A DNA stretch of 51,699 nucleotides from Nocardioidaceae bacterium (GTDB lineage Bacteria; Actinomycetota; Actinomycetes; Propionibacteriales; Nocardioidaceae): NCBI GenBank assembly GCA_013697585.1, contig JACCWP010000026.1, positions 1 through 51,699 of the forward strand, read 5' to 3'. The translations under genes were made by a program, and so were the position numbers. Shown one piece after another: positions 51,075 through 51,699 of this stretch. The notes beneath the pieces are model-generated. The model was not told where the DNA came from. It saw nothing but the letters and a program-made list of their open reading frames with translations, and did not search any database. The number at the start of each line of letters is the position of its first letter. Position 1 is the first letter of the stretch.

Positions 51075-51465
51075 CGCGGCCTACCTTGACACCTCGGCCT
51101 TCGTGAAGCTGCTCGTCGCCGAGCCGGAGTCCGCGGCGCTGCGGGCGCGCCTCGCGCGCTGGCCGGACCGGGTCTCTGCCACCCTGCTGCGCACCGAGAC
51201 CGTACGCGCGCTGCGACGGTCGGGAAACGAGCACCTCATCGGCAGCGCCCGGCGCCTGTTCCGGGCGATCCTGCTCATCCGCCTGGACGAGCCGCTGCTC
51301 GACCGGGCAGGCGACCTCGGCCCCGCCGAGCTGCGCTCGCTGGATTCAGTCCACCTCGCCGCGGCGCTGTCGGTCGGCACCGACCTGGGGGTGATGATCA
51401 CGTACGACGACCGGCTGCGGGAGGCTGCCCTCGCCCAAGGACTCGACGTCGAGTCCCCAAGCTGA
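51064..51465 (+). CDS. vapC: PIN-domain toxin
   Basis: YLDTSAFVKL...E...LRSLDSVHLAAA...TYDDRLREAA; acidic PIN residues present. Confidence 0.94.
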   Translation: MSASAAYLDTSAFVKLLVAEPESAALRARLARWPDRVSATLLRTETVRALRRSGNEHLIGSARRLFRAILLIRLDEPLLDRAGDLGPAELRSLDSVHLAAALSVGTDLGVMITYDDRLREAALAQGLDVESPS

Positions 51466-51485
51466 CGTAGATGCTTCACATCTGT

Positions 51486-51537
51486 TGTGGACAAGGGGAT
51501 TCAGGGTGGGTGGAGTGTCGGTGGCGGGTGAGAGTGT
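51486..51537 (+). promoter_or_regulatory. Perfect DnaA box plus RecA-NDp-like promoter
   Basis: TGTGGACAA (reverse complement TTGTCCACA) at 51486-51494. TGTCGG-N10-GAGTGT at 51516-51537, 6 nt before ATG 51544. Confidence 0.55.
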
Positions 51538-51543
51538 TGGGTC

Positions 51544-51699
51544 ATGGACGATCCTTGCGACACCGCGGCGGGCCCGCCGTCGTCGGGTGTGGAGCACCCG
51601 GTGCTGGTGCTGTGCCGGCGGCTGGGTGCCCGGTTGGACGAGCTGGGCGACCCGGGGTTGTGGTCGGTGCCCGACACCGCGGTGAGCGAGCTGGTGCGG
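51544..51699 (+). CDS. Probable DUF222/HNH (13E12-repeat-type) protein, N-terminus only
   Basis: Open frame MDDPCDTAAGPPSSGVEHPVLVLCRRLGARLDELGDPGLWSVPDTAVSELVR runs off the window. HPV...LD...LWS pattern and GT-rich upstream region are typical of this family, but the diagnostic domains are not visible. Confidence 0.5.
   Translation, partial: MDDPCDTAAGPPSSGVEHPVLVLCRRLGARLDELGDPGLWSVPDTAVSELVR

Overview
High-GC actinobacterial chromosome segment. Gene order and sequences resemble Nocardioidaceae/Propionibacteriales, which is an inference. About 47 kb is conserved core genome: classical menaquinone genes (menD partial, menC, menE, menA), system II cytochrome c maturation (ccsB-resB-ccdA-resA), heme genes (rex-hemA-hemC-cobA/hemD-hemB, hemL), the bS22/HTH/acuC/proC/proline dehydrogenase/ppx block, radA-disA, mutY, clpC, lsr2, lysS, the pantothenate/CoA cluster (DUF2520-panC-coaX, no panD) and a YdbS/YdbT pair. 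The last ~4.7 kb is accessory: DUF3616 protein, alpha/beta hydrolase, a secreted protein, a collapsed DNA-methyltransferase/HNH defence remnant, intact vapBC and the start of a probable DUF222/HNH gene. I found no rRNA, tRNA, CRISPR array or intact transposase. The most interesting signals are non-coding: (1) a bulged-A hairpin that can occlude the ribosome-binding site of the pantothenate operon, possibly an actinobacterial counterpart of the pan RNA motif; (2) a DnaA-box plus PafBC-type promoter architecture found at both radA and the DUF222 gene; (3) a Pro-codon-rich tandem repeat overlapping the start of proline dehydrogenase; (4) pervasive leaderless promoters. All product calls come from motif recognition by eye, with no database search run.
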